NCBI GenBank assembly: GCA_030432155.1
Contig: JAUIHQ010000002.1
Coordinates: 1-51,250 of the forward strand
Direction of reading: 5' to 3'
DNA from: a bacterium
GTDB taxonomy: Bacteria; Verrucomicrobiota; Kiritimatiellia; CAIVKH01
Length of the DNA: 51,250 bases
In this document: positions 37,470 through 46,129 of the stretch, in pieces
How positions within the stretch are numbered: position 1 is the stretch's first letter
Layout: each line of letters opens with the position of its first letter
The notes under the pieces: generated by a model
Database searches by the model: none
The model's input: the letters and a program-made list of their open reading frames with translations, nothing else
What the model was told of the DNA's origin: nothing
Program-made: the position numbers and the translations under genes

Positions 37470-38374
37470 AGCGGGGTGTCGTCATCCTGATGCTGGCGGC
37501 GCTGCTGGCGCCGGTGTGGACGCGAACGGCTGCGGCCCAGGGAAGCCGTGAGCGGGGACTCGGACCGGTCACCCTCCTGACGCCGCGCGGTGAACTGGAC
37601 GTCCGACTGATCCGGCGCGAGCGCGATCTCGTGTGGGTGGACCGTGAAACCCGTTCCGGCACGTTCATCGAAACCGGGGTGCCGGTGAGCGACATCCAGG
37701 CCCTTCGCTACGAGGAACCGCGCCTGTTCAGCCTCGCCGAAGCCGCACGCACACCCTCGCAGATGCGTACGGTCATCGAGGCATTGGATAAGATGATTGT
37801 CCAGTTCTCCCCGTACCTTGACCTGCCGAACATCCCCTCCATCCGCGCGCTGGAGATCAAGGCGTCGCTACATGAAAGCCTCGGTGAATGGGACGAAGCG
37901 ATTGCCGCGTACCGGGAGCTGCTCGACAAGGATTACCGGCTGGAGGATCGCGACACCATCCAGTTGCGGACCGGCCTGGCCGGGGTCCGGGCGGGCCGGG
38001 CGGAGGAGGCGCTGGCCATGCTGGAAACCGCGGAGATTCCGGAGGACGATCTCGTGTTGATGTCGGACGTGCGGATGGCCCGGGCCCGGGCTCATACCGC
38101 CGCCGGCAAACCGGTGGAGGCGGTCAATGACCTGATGCACCTGGTGGTGTTTTATCCGTTTGTCCAGACCAACGAGGCCCGCGCCCTGTCCGCCGTCGTT
38201 CCCAATTACATCGAGCTGGGTGACTGGAGCGCGGTGACCCGAACCCTCGAGGCATTGAACGACCAATATCCCGATTCGCCCCATACCGCCTCGGCGGAGA
38301 TGGCGGTGGAACAGCATCGATCCGCACTGGAAGAAGAACAAGCACGGGCGTTGCCCGACATGCCCGAAGAATGA
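37466..38374 (+). CDS. Periplasmic TPR-like protein (302 aa).
   Basis: ATGA overlap with the upstream TPR gene. Signal MKRGVVILMLAALLAPVWTRTAAAQ. TPR-like GEWDEAIAAYRELLDKDY. Confidence 0.75.
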   Translation: MKRGVVILMLAALLAPVWTRTAAAQGSRERGLGPVTLLTPRGELDVRLIRRERDLVWVDRETRSGTFIETGVPVSDIQALRYEEPRLFSLAEAARTPSQMRTVIEALDKMIVQFSPYLDLPNIPSIRALEIKASLHESLGEWDEAIAAYRELLDKDYRLEDRDTIQLRTGLAGVRAGRAEEALAMLETAEIPEDDLVLMSDVRMARARAHTAAGKPVEAVNDLMHLVVFYPFVQTNEARALSAVVPNYIELGDWSAVTRTLEALNDQYPDSPHTASAEMAVEQHRSALEEEQARALPDMPEE

Positions 38375-38389
38375 CATGAGGACACCATC

Positions 38390-39169
38390 ATGAAACGAAC
38401 CCTGATGACATGCATACTGGCCGCCGGCATCGGCATACTCGGGGGCCTGACCCTGAATGCCTATGCCCAGGAGGCCGAAGCCGCCGCGGCCCCGCAGAAG
38501 ACAACCCTGTTTGACCTGATCGCCGCCGGCGGTTGGGCGATGTGGCCGCTTGGCGCGTTGTCCTTTGCGATGATCGCCATGGCCACGATCAACTATCAAA
38601 AGGTCAGCGAGAAGAAATTGATTCCGCAGGCCGCGCTGGGCCAGATCAAGGCCGCCGCCGACCAGCAGAATGCGCGACAGGTCTATTCCATCGCGACCAA
38701 TGTCGACAGTCTCTTCACCAATGCCCTCGCCGCGGGATTGCGGAAGTTCAATCTCGAGGATCCGGCGGAGAGCAAACACAGCGTTGAGGATGCCATCAGC
38801 GAAGCGGTGTCGCGTGAGGAATCCCAGATCGGGTTCTGGATCAACTTTCTCTCGCTGATTGCGGCGGTGTCTCCGATGGTGGGACTGCTCGGTACGGTCA
38901 GCGGCATGATCGGCGCCTTCCAGAAAATCGGCGCCGGGGGCATGGGCAAACCGGAGTTGCTGGCCGGGGATATCGGCCAGGCGCTGATCACCACCGCCAC
39001 CGGCCTGATTATCGCCATCCCCGCGATGTTCTTCTTCTTCCTGTTCCGCAATTCGCTGAATCGCCTGATTCAGAAAGCCGAAGAGGAATTTTCCTACGTG
39101 CTGGATGACCTCACTGGCACCGGCATGGGTCTGATGGATGCCGAAGACGTGGAAGAGGTTGAAGGGTAA
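38390..39169 (+). CDS. exbB: MotA/TolQ/ExbB proton-channel protein.
   Basis: Signal-like N-terminus, then GLLGTVSGMIGAFQKI...IGQALITTATGLIIAIPAMFFF, typical of ExbB/TolQ. Confidence 0.9.
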   Translation: MKRTLMTCILAAGIGILGGLTLNAYAQEAEAAAAPQKTTLFDLIAAGGWAMWPLGALSFAMIAMATINYQKVSEKKLIPQAALGQIKAAADQQNARQVYSIATNVDSLFTNALAAGLRKFNLEDPAESKHSVEDAISEAVSREESQIGFWINFLSLIAAVSPMVGLLGTVSGMIGAFQKIGAGGMGKPELLAGDIGQALITTATGLIIAIPAMFFFFLFRNSLNRLIQKAEEEFSYVLDDLTGTGMGLMDAEDVEEVEG

Positions 39170-39205
39170 GGAGCGGGAACCGCCGTACCCGGCAGGATAT
39201 CGACG

Positions 39206-39667
39206 ATGAAGCTGAAGCACCGCAACAATCCGGATCTCGACATCGACATGACGCCGATGATCGACTGCGTCTTCCTGTTGCTGATCTTCTTCATGTGCGT
39301 GGCGTCGATGTCCAAGGTGGATCTGACCCCGGAATTGGAGCTCCCGGTGGCGCCCAAGGCGTCCATCCCCGAGGATCTGCGGGCCCGCGGCGTGATCAAC
39401 ATCCTGCCCATCGGGGCCGAGACCAGCGCACAGGAAATTGTGACCGAGGATTCGCCGTTCATGGTGTCCGGACGGCTGACCGACGACAAGGGCTTGAGCC
39501 GGGCCATTTCTGAAAAGCTCGCGCAGGAACCGGATTTGCGGGTGTATATGCGGATCGACCGCAACGCGGATTTCGGACTGGTGCGCCGCGGGATCAAGGC
39601 CTGCGCCGAGGCCGGGGTGTACGACATCATTTTCGCATCCTACCAGAGCTCGGGAGGCGGAGGCTAA
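39206..39667 (+). CDS. exbD: ExbD/TolR family protein (paralog 1).
   Basis: DIDMTPMIDCVFLLLIFFM with the conserved TM Asp, and a periplasmic ExbD fold. Confidence 0.9.
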   Translation: MKLKHRNNPDLDIDMTPMIDCVFLLLIFFMCVASMSKVDLTPELELPVAPKASIPEDLRARGVINILPIGAETSAQEIVTEDSPFMVSGRLTDDKGLSRAISEKLAQEPDLRVYMRIDRNADFGLVRRGIKACAEAGVYDIIFASYQSSGGGG

Positions 39668-39669
39668 CC

Positions 39670-40110
39670 ATGAAGATTCGCCGCGCAACCGAGATTCCGC
39701 TGAAGATCGACATGACGCCGATGATCGATGCGGTGTTCCTGCTCCTGATCTTTTTCATGGTCACCACCACCCTCCACCGGCAGGAAGCGGATATCAGCTT
39801 TGCCTTGCCCGGGGTGGCCCAGCAGGACGAACCGGTGGAAATTCCCGACGAGCAGATCATCGAGATTTATGGCGACGGCGTGGTGATGCTGAACGGGCTT
39901 CAGTATGATCCTCCCGGCGTACCGGACATGCCGGAGCTGGTTGAAACCCTCACCCGCTTCAAGGCGACCGCCGATGCAAACAAGGTCGAAGCGATGATCA
40001 CCATCGCGCCCGATGCCGACGTGAAGCATCAGCGGGTGGTCGATGTGCTGAATGCCTGCGCGGCGGCGAAGATTGCCAATGTAACCTTTTCCGTGGACGA
40101 GGAGAGCTGA
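39670..40110 (+). CDS. exbD: ExbD/TolR family protein (paralog 2).
   Basis: KIDMTPMIDAVFLLLIFFM with the conserved TM Asp; 2-nt gap to paralog 1. Confidence 0.9.
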   Translation: MKIRRATEIPLKIDMTPMIDAVFLLLIFFMVTTTLHRQEADISFALPGVAQQDEPVEIPDEQIIEIYGDGVVMLNGLQYDPPGVPDMPELVETLTRFKATADANKVEAMITIAPDADVKHQRVVDVLNACAAAKIANVTFSVDEES

Positions 40111-40112
40111 CA

Positions 40113-41144
40113 ATGCTCAGGCAACTGTTCTCCATCTGGAACCGGCCGGATCACGGCGATCGAAAATCGCCGCTCACCGCGGTGATCGTCAGCATCGTGT
40201 TTCACATTCTCCTGCTGTTCGGAGCCGGGTACCTGACGGTGATGGTGCTGCAAAGCCGGGAAAAAGTGATGTTCGAGGCCAAGAAGCCTCCGTCGATTCC
40301 CGCCCGCAAGCTCGAACACAGCATCCGGGTCAAGCAGATGCAGCAGCAGGTGCGCAAACCCCAGATCCTTCAGCGTCTGGTCTCCCAGGCTCCCAGTGCC
40401 GTTGCGTTGCCTGAGCTCCCGAAGATGGATGCGCCGGATATCCGCAACATGAGGGACACCCCGATCCTCAACAACAGCCAGAGCATGCTCGGTCAGCTCG
40501 GTCGGGACGGCGGCGGCCTCGGCCGCGGCATGACCGGGGGCGGCGGGTATTCTGATGCGAAGTTCTTTGGCCAGAATGTCCGCACCCGCGCGGTGTGCAT
40601 CCTGTTCGACTGCACCGGCAGCATGTATTCCAAGGGCGTGGTTACGGACGTCAAGCGTGAGGCGTCACGCATGCTTGAGGAATTGAATCCCGCCACCAAG
40701 TTCAACCTCATTGCCTTCGTGGACGGCGCCGAAGGCGTGACCCCAAGCCTCGTGTTCGCCATTCAGGAGAACAAGGAGAAGGCCATCGCCTGGCTGGATA
40801 CCATCCAGGAAAACCGACAGGGCAACCGCAGCGGCTATTCCGGCAGTACCCCCGACCAGGCGATTCGTATGGCGGTGGATATCGGCGCGGACACGATCTT
40901 TCTGCTGACCGACGATTTTCCGAACCTGTCAAAAGTAGTGAACGGCAACCGGGAGAGGATTGATGACCATGCCGATCAGCTCGAGGATTTCATCCGCGGG
41001 ATCGAAACCCAGTACGGACGTTCGGTAAAGATCAACCCCATCCTCTACAAGCCCAACCAGGGCCGATCCGGCGATGCATCCCGGGACTATTGGAAAAAAA
41101 TCGCCCGCATCACCGGCGGCAAGATGCAGGTCATCGAAGACTGA
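40113..41144 (+). CDS. TonB-position protein: TonB-like SxxxH signal anchor, Pro/Gln-rich linker, and a C-terminal VWA (MIDAS) domain.
   Basis: Anchor VIVSIVFHILLLFGAGYL (compare E. coli TonB LLSVCIHGAVVAGLLY). VWA: AVCILFDCTGSM (DxTxS), GSTPDQAI, IFLLTDD. No TonB C-terminal-like sequence recognisable. Confidence 0.75.
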   Translation: MLRQLFSIWNRPDHGDRKSPLTAVIVSIVFHILLLFGAGYLTVMVLQSREKVMFEAKKPPSIPARKLEHSIRVKQMQQQVRKPQILQRLVSQAPSAVALPELPKMDAPDIRNMRDTPILNNSQSMLGQLGRDGGGLGRGMTGGGGYSDAKFFGQNVRTRAVCILFDCTGSMYSKGVVTDVKREASRMLEELNPATKFNLIAFVDGAEGVTPSLVFAIQENKEKAIAWLDTIQENRQGNRSGYSGSTPDQAIRMAVDIGADTIFLLTDDFPNLSKVVNGNRERIDDHADQLEDFIRGIETQYGRSVKINPILYKPNQGRSGDASRDYWKKIARITGGKMQVIED

Positions 41145-41212
41145 TCAAACGTGCGCGATTCAACATATTGTTGTTGTCGCGGCTACACAAAATGCTTCTC
41201 TGATCTAAGATA

Positions 41213-41267
<55 letters not shown>

Positions 41268-41274
41268 TAACCAA

Positions 41275-44200
41275 CTACTCCGCTTCCCGCCACCGGATCC
41301 GGTAGAAGCGGGAGGTGGATGAATCGGTGTTGGTTTCGACGTACACCATGGATGACCCATCGCCGGTCACACTCATGAATCCGGTCGGCTCCCACGATTC
41401 ATTCGTGCCCAGGCCGGAGGCGGCCATCACGTCGTATACACTGTTGGACAGTCCGGGCCATTCGAGGTGAAACGTACGGTCGTTGGTGTTGACCGAGGAT
41501 CTGGCCTCTCGCCCGAACCAGTCCGCGGGGTTCAGGGGATTGTGACCGGCGGCAAGCTCCTCTCCGTCCGTCTGACCATCGCCGTCGCTGTCCGGTATTC
41601 GAGCTCCCGTTTCCCCGGCATCGGCAATCCCGTTTGCATTGAGATCTTCGGCCAGGTCGGGAATCCCGTCGCCATCGGTATCGAAGGTATCGAGGCGTAG
41701 CTGAAAATATTCCAAGGACTCAAGGTCCCCATCTCCGTTGCCCAACGGAACCTGGTATGCGCCGTTCAAGCCTCCCCCGTCGGCGGTGGCATAGGAGGCC
41801 ACGCTCAGGTACAGGTTCGACGGAATGCGTCCGAAAACCTGCACAAGATCGATCGCGCCTTCCAGATATCCGCCGTTGTTGAACGGGGTGGCCGCGGGAT
41901 GGCTGAGGTCCATGGCGTTGTTAATGAACCAGCCCTCGAAATCACTGTCGTTTTCGTCGGCCAGAAAATGCAGCCTCCCGAACACCCGGCCCGATTTGGC
42001 CCACGGCGCCGACAGGTCGGGATCCGGGTCGTCGGTCACGAAGATGAAGTGGTCGTTGCCTTCTCCCGCATCCTCGGTGGCGACATAAAGAAGCTTTCCG
42101 TTGAAGTCGGCATACAGGTGCAGGACATTCGTGGCGCGAACCGTCGCCGCTTCGGCGTCCGACAGGATGCCGTCGAGCACATAGGTTTTGAGCGGGACTT
42201 CCTGCTGGTTTCCGCCGGAGGTTTCGAACACCACCGCCCCGGTGGCGGGATAGAAGCGAAGGCACTCATTGCTGTCGATGTTGATGTCGAGGTCCTGCGA
42301 GGGCGGGACCTGGTGGGTCGGCAGGATGGACCCGCCGTCGGCGCTGCCGTAAATCCCCACCGCCATCCAGATCGATTCCGGAACCGTGCCGTATTGTTCC
42401 TCGAGATTGATCACCCCTTCGAGCACACCGCCGTTGGGTCCGGTCTTGGCGTTGGCCGATGCCCGGGTGCGGTACCACGAAACAAAGTCATTGTCGTTTT
42501 CGTCGGCGAGGAACGGGCCGTCCAGCGCGATCGTCCCGTTTTTGTTCCACAGCTCCACCTCGACGCCGGCCACGGCCTGCTCGTCATCGAGAAAGATAAA
42601 GTGGTCGTTGCCCTCGCCGGCATCGACGGTGGCGACATACAGAGCCTTGTTCGTGGCGTCGTAGGCTGCATAAAGAGAAATGCCGTTGTTGTGCGCGATC
42701 TGGGGGACTCCTTCGTCAAGCACACCGTCGAGCACGAAGGACCCGAGCGGGTGGAGTCCGCCCGTCCCGGTGCCGGTATCAAAGAACGATTCAAAAGCCG
42801 CGCCGAGCTCCACGGCGTCGGCCGAGGTCGCGGTTGCGCCGATCACGATCCGGCAGCGGGTGTTCTGGGGCAGTAGCGCGTCAGGGTTGAAAACCATGCG
42901 CGTATTCTCATTGAACCAGGAGAACACCCCCGCCGTTTCAGGTTCCATGGAAAACGCGGCCTCGACCGAGCCGGTCTCCATGGACCGGTCGAACTCGATT
43001 ACGATGGACGAAGCCCGGTCAACGCCGGTGGTGTCATGACGGGGGCTGATCGAGATAACGGACGGTGCAAGGGCGATGAGTCGGTCTGACGGGATGTAGA
43101 TGCGGGATTCATACCCGCCGAGGGTCAACGCCACCAGGCCCGGTCCGCCCCCGCTTCCCACCGTCAGGGTGTCGTTGGTGTTGAAGATGTTGACCAGCAC
43201 GGTTCCGTTGGAATGGATCACCGCCGGACCGGATCCGTTATAGATCGCTTCCCGGGAGCCCGAGGCGGTGTTCAGGGCGACGAGAACGCCGTTGGTGTCG
43301 AGGATGCGCTCATACACGTACAGGCCGCTCCCGGCAAAGTCCTGCCACCGTTCCTGGAAGACCCCGCGGCGTAGCTCCGGATACGCCTCGCGCAACAGGT
43401 TCAGGGTGCGGACATGACGGTACAGGGGATGGGTCATATCGAAGTTATCGCCGAGGGACGGGCCGTACTCGAACTCTCCGTCGAACATGTCCTCCCGGTC
43501 ATAGGGATCATTCCCGCCGTCGAACCCCTGCTCCGTTCCGTAGTAGAGGCACGGCACCTGGAGGTGGGTGTAGAGAAACGTCAGGGCGGGATAGAGTCGG
43601 GTTTGGTTGCCGTTCAGCTTGTCCGCGGCAAGCGCCCGCGACATATCGTGATTGTCGAGAAACATGATAAGCTGGTGACGGGCCTCGGGGTCGTAGTCGC
43701 TCAGCCAGCCGTGACGATCGGATATCTGTGAAGTGTTCTGACCGCGGATGAACACATTCTCCATCGTGTTGAGCATGGGAAAATACAAGGCGGACGGAAA
43801 CCGGTTGGTCCCGGTGAAGGCGCCGACTTCGCTATCGAGCCCGCGCCACGCTTCGGCATAGCTGAGAAAGTTGGTTTTCCCGAGGGAGGAGGCATGGTCC
43901 TCGATGGCGGGCAGAAAATACTCCCAGAAATCCATCTCGATGTGACGGGCGGTGTCGACGCGGAATCCGTCGCAGTCCGTGGCCTCGATGAGGCCCTTGT
44001 AGATCCGCACCAGGTCGTCGCGTACCTGTTGATCCTCGGTGCGGATGCCGTCCAGGCCGGAGAAGTCGCCGAGGATCGACTGTGTCGCATCATCCCAGTT
44101 CTGGACATTCCCGTAGTTGTGAAGCCGGGACAGATCATCGAAGGGCGGGGCATGACGGCGGTTGCTGTTGCGCCAGCGCAGGTTGTACCCGTTGATGTTG

Positions 44201-44742
44201 AACGAGGGGAAACCGAAGTCGGTGGAGTCGGCAAGGTCCCCGAGATGGTTCTGGACCACATCGATGATCACATAGATCCCCCGGGCGTGGGCGGCATCGA
44301 TGAAATTCCGGAGATCCTCGAGCGTGCCCCAATGAGGATCGATCATGTTGAAATCGGTGGCGGCGTACCCGTGAAAACTCCCGCGTACATTCTTCACCAC
44401 CGGGCTGATCCATACCGCCTTCGCGCCGAGCATCTGCAGGTAATCGAGCTTCTGCTCCAGCCCTTCAAAATCCCCGCCGTGGACCGATACCGTGCCGTAG
44501 GGATTGGTGTCGGCATCCGGGTTGTCGTCGTTGTTCGCCGGGTCCCCGTCATAAAACCGGTCCGTCATCACCTGGTAAATGTTGATGTCCCGCCAATCGG
44601 TGGGCGACGGGGTGAAGGCGAACCCCGGGGTATCGTTGGTGCGGGATGGAAGGGTCGACCAGGTTTGGGCGAACCCGGCGCCTGCGATCGCCGAAAAACT
44701 GACCGCAACGCAAAGCGCCCGGCGCTGGATGCCTGAATACAT
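41275..44742 (-). CDS. Secreted multidomain GH13 alpha-amylase-family glycoside hydrolase (1155 aa).
   Basis: Signal MYSGIQRRALCVAVSFSAIAGAGFAQ. GH13 regions DVVQNH, GFRVDTARH, YAEAW, FLDNHD. A tandem ~185-aa domain pair carries GEGNDHFIF. Thrombospondin-type-3-like DTDGDGIPD/DSDGDGQTD repeats. Confidence 0.9.
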   Translation of the reverse strand: MYSGIQRRALCVAVSFSAIAGAGFAQTWSTLPSRTNDTPGFAFTPSPTDWRDINIYQVMTDRFYDGDPANNDDNPDADTNPYGTVSVHGGDFEGLEQKLDYLQMLGAKAVWISPVVKNVRGSFHGYAATDFNMIDPHWGTLEDLRNFIDAAHARGIYVIIDVVQNHLGDLADSTDFGFPSFNINGYNLRWRNSNRRHAPPFDDLSRLHNYGNVQNWDDATQSILGDFSGLDGIRTEDQQVRDDLVRIYKGLIEATDCDGFRVDTARHIEMDFWEYFLPAIEDHASSLGKTNFLSYAEAWRGLDSEVGAFTGTNRFPSALYFPMLNTMENVFIRGQNTSQISDRHGWLSDYDPEARHQLIMFLDNHDMSRALAADKLNGNQTRLYPALTFLYTHLQVPCLYYGTEQGFDGGNDPYDREDMFDGEFEYGPSLGDNFDMTHPLYRHVRTLNLLREAYPELRRGVFQERWQDFAGSGLYVYERILDTNGVLVALNTASGSREAIYNGSGPAVIHSNGTVLVNIFNTNDTLTVGSGGGPGLVALTLGGYESRIYIPSDRLIALAPSVISISPRHDTTGVDRASSIVIEFDRSMETGSVEAAFSMEPETAGVFSWFNENTRMVFNPDALLPQNTRCRIVIGATATSADAVELGAAFESFFDTGTGTGGLHPLGSFVLDGVLDEGVPQIAHNNGISLYAAYDATNKALYVATVDAGEGNDHFIFLDDEQAVAGVEVELWNKNGTIALDGPFLADENDNDFVSWYRTRASANAKTGPNGGVLEGVINLEEQYGTVPESIWMAVGIYGSADGGSILPTHQVPPSQDLDINIDSNECLRFYPATGAVVFETSGGNQQEVPLKTYVLDGILSDAEAATVRATNVLHLYADFNGKLLYVATEDAGEGNDHFIFVTDDPDPDLSAPWAKSGRVFGRLHFLADENDSDFEGWFINNAMDLSHPAATPFNNGGYLEGAIDLVQVFGRIPSNLYLSVASYATADGGGLNGAYQVPLGNGDGDLESLEYFQLRLDTFDTDGDGIPDLAEDLNANGIADAGETGARIPDSDGDGQTDGEELAAGHNPLNPADWFGREARSSVNTNDRTFHLEWPGLSNSVYDVMAASGLGTNESWEPTGFMSVTGDGSSMVYVETNTDSSTSRFYRIRWREAE

Positions 44743-44825
44743 CTCCCCATCCTACTCACCGATGGCCGGAAAGTAAAACGATCCACGCGGTGGATGTTTT
44801 CCAGCCTGATCCTTGGCGACGTCTC

Positions 44826-44880
44826 GGCGCTCAAGGGACTGAGCGCCCTACCTGGTAGGGCGGCGAGTCCCTTCGCCGCC
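44826..44880. promoter_or_regulatory. Highly structured GC-rich element with mutually exclusive hairpins and complementary loops.
   Basis: GGCGCTCA-AGGGAC-TGAGCGCC and GGCGGCGA-GTCCCT-TCGCCGCC have exactly complementary loops. A central CGCCCTACC/GGTAGGGCG stem competes with both. Confidence 0.45.
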
Positions 44881-44936
44881 GCGTTGCGGCGATCACCTGG
44901 ATGGTGAAATGATATCAAAGCCGCTAAGGATCACGG

Positions 44937-44986
44937 TTTTCCAGGGATTGGAAAAACCGCCGGGCCTTTTTCCAACCATTGGAAAA
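44937..44986. promoter_or_regulatory. Two copies of a 19-bp palindrome TTTTCCA-N5-TGGAAAA, 31 bp apart.
   Basis: 44937-44955 (TTTTCCAGGGATTGGAAAA) and 44968-44986 (TTTTCCAACCATTGGAAAA), 65 nt upstream of ATG 45051. Confidence 0.55.
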
Positions 44987-45050
44987 TGGCGGGCGGCCTC
45001 CGCGCCTCCCCTCTTCCAACCGGAATCACTTCTGTGGTATCCATGGCGGT

Positions 45051-45890
45051 ATGAAGGAAATCTGGATCATGTGGCGTCATCCGAAGATGGTCGCCTGGTG
45101 TCTGTTGACCGCGGTGATGATACTCATCGCGCGGCTTCCGTTTTTCCTCGTGCCGATCGTCCCCTACCATCTTGATTTCAATCCCGGGGTGGCGCTGATT
45201 CCCCTGTCCGGGGTGTTCTTCGGCCCGGCGGGGGCGTGGGGGGCCGCGTTGGCCACCGGGACCGGGGACCTTCTGTACGGCATCGGGTCGGTGATGACTC
45301 CGTTCCGGGTGATTGGATCGTTCCTGTTCGCCCTCGCATCGAAGAAGTTATGGAGCCTTTGTCTGACCCGTTCCGACCTGGTGCCGGAAATGATCCCTAC
45401 CTGGCGGCGCACCATGCGCTACATGGTCGTGCTCGCGCCGGGCTGCTTCATCGATGCCGCGTGGAACGGGTTTGGTTCCGCGGTGAACGGACTGTATCCC
45501 TTCACCTACATCGCGGGGATCGTGCTGGTGCATCACCTGTTGTTCTGTGCGGTGCTGGGTCCGGTACTCTACCGGTTCTTTGCCCGGGAGCTGGTGCCGA
45601 ACTTCGGGCACTGGCGGATGATCATGCACGGTGAGGAGCAGGGGTTCCGGCTTGCCTTTCATAACGGCGCCATCATCTTCATTGCGGCGATCGGGGGGTG
45701 GCTGGCGCCGTTCCTGGTCAGCGGGCTCGTCTACGGAGTCTGGCCCTTCCGCCACTATTACATCGGCACCATCGTCGCCCCCCAGGTGTATCTCGCCGCC
45801 CTACCCTTCCTCCTGGCGCAGATCTACACATTGGCCATTGCCCGGGGAGAAGCAGGACATCACCCTCAGCCCCCTCCTGCTACGGATTAA
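45051..45890 (+). CDS. Polytopic membrane protein, ECF-transporter S-component-like N-terminal half.
   Basis: FNPGVALIPLSGVFFGPAGAWGAALATGTGDLLYG resembles the GxxGP...G..G..D motif region of S-components. About 7-8 TM helices. Start is ATG 45051, or 45069/45087. Confidence 0.55.
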   Translation: MKEIWIMWRHPKMVAWCLLTAVMILIARLPFFLVPIVPYHLDFNPGVALIPLSGVFFGPAGAWGAALATGTGDLLYGIGSVMTPFRVIGSFLFALASKKLWSLCLTRSDLVPEMIPTWRRTMRYMVVLAPGCFIDAAWNGFGSAVNGLYPFTYIAGIVLVHHLLFCAVLGPVLYRFFARELVPNFGHWRMIMHGEEQGFRLAFHNGAIIFIAAIGGWLAPFLVSGLVYGVWPFRHYYIGTIVAPQVYLAALPFLLAQIYTLAIARGEAGHHPQPPPATD

Positions 45891-46129
45891 TACCCCCCGG
45901 ACTTGAGCCCCATCTCATCCTTCACCTGTCCCTCCACCTTCACTATTCGATATGTTAATTTAAAGTATGGCCCCGAACGGCTTGTAAATTCACATCCGCT
46001 TTAATCACGCGGGCACTGATATCCCGCAGCCTGACCCCTATAATCTTATTTTTCGCCTCCCGTTTCAATTCTAATTGCATCAGGCAAATCTGTTCTCGTA
46101 CGATTTACGATATAGAGGGAAAACAAGGT

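Noticed and set aside
37868-39688. 606-aa minus-strand ORF spanning the TPR2/exbB/exbD region.
   Set aside because: It lies antisense to three genes with unmistakable ExbB/ExbD motifs, and its translation is low-complexity (R, G, H, D, Q rich).
41899-44736. 325-aa and 280-aa plus-strand ORFs inside the GH13 gene.
   Set aside because: The minus frame carries all four GH13 conserved regions and a signal peptide. The plus-strand ORFs are shadows.
44826-44930. Possible TPP riboswitch (CTGAG and ACCTGGATGGTG resemble parts of the THI element).
   Set aside because: It is too short and lacks the full conserved THI-box architecture. I cannot support a known riboswitch class by eye.
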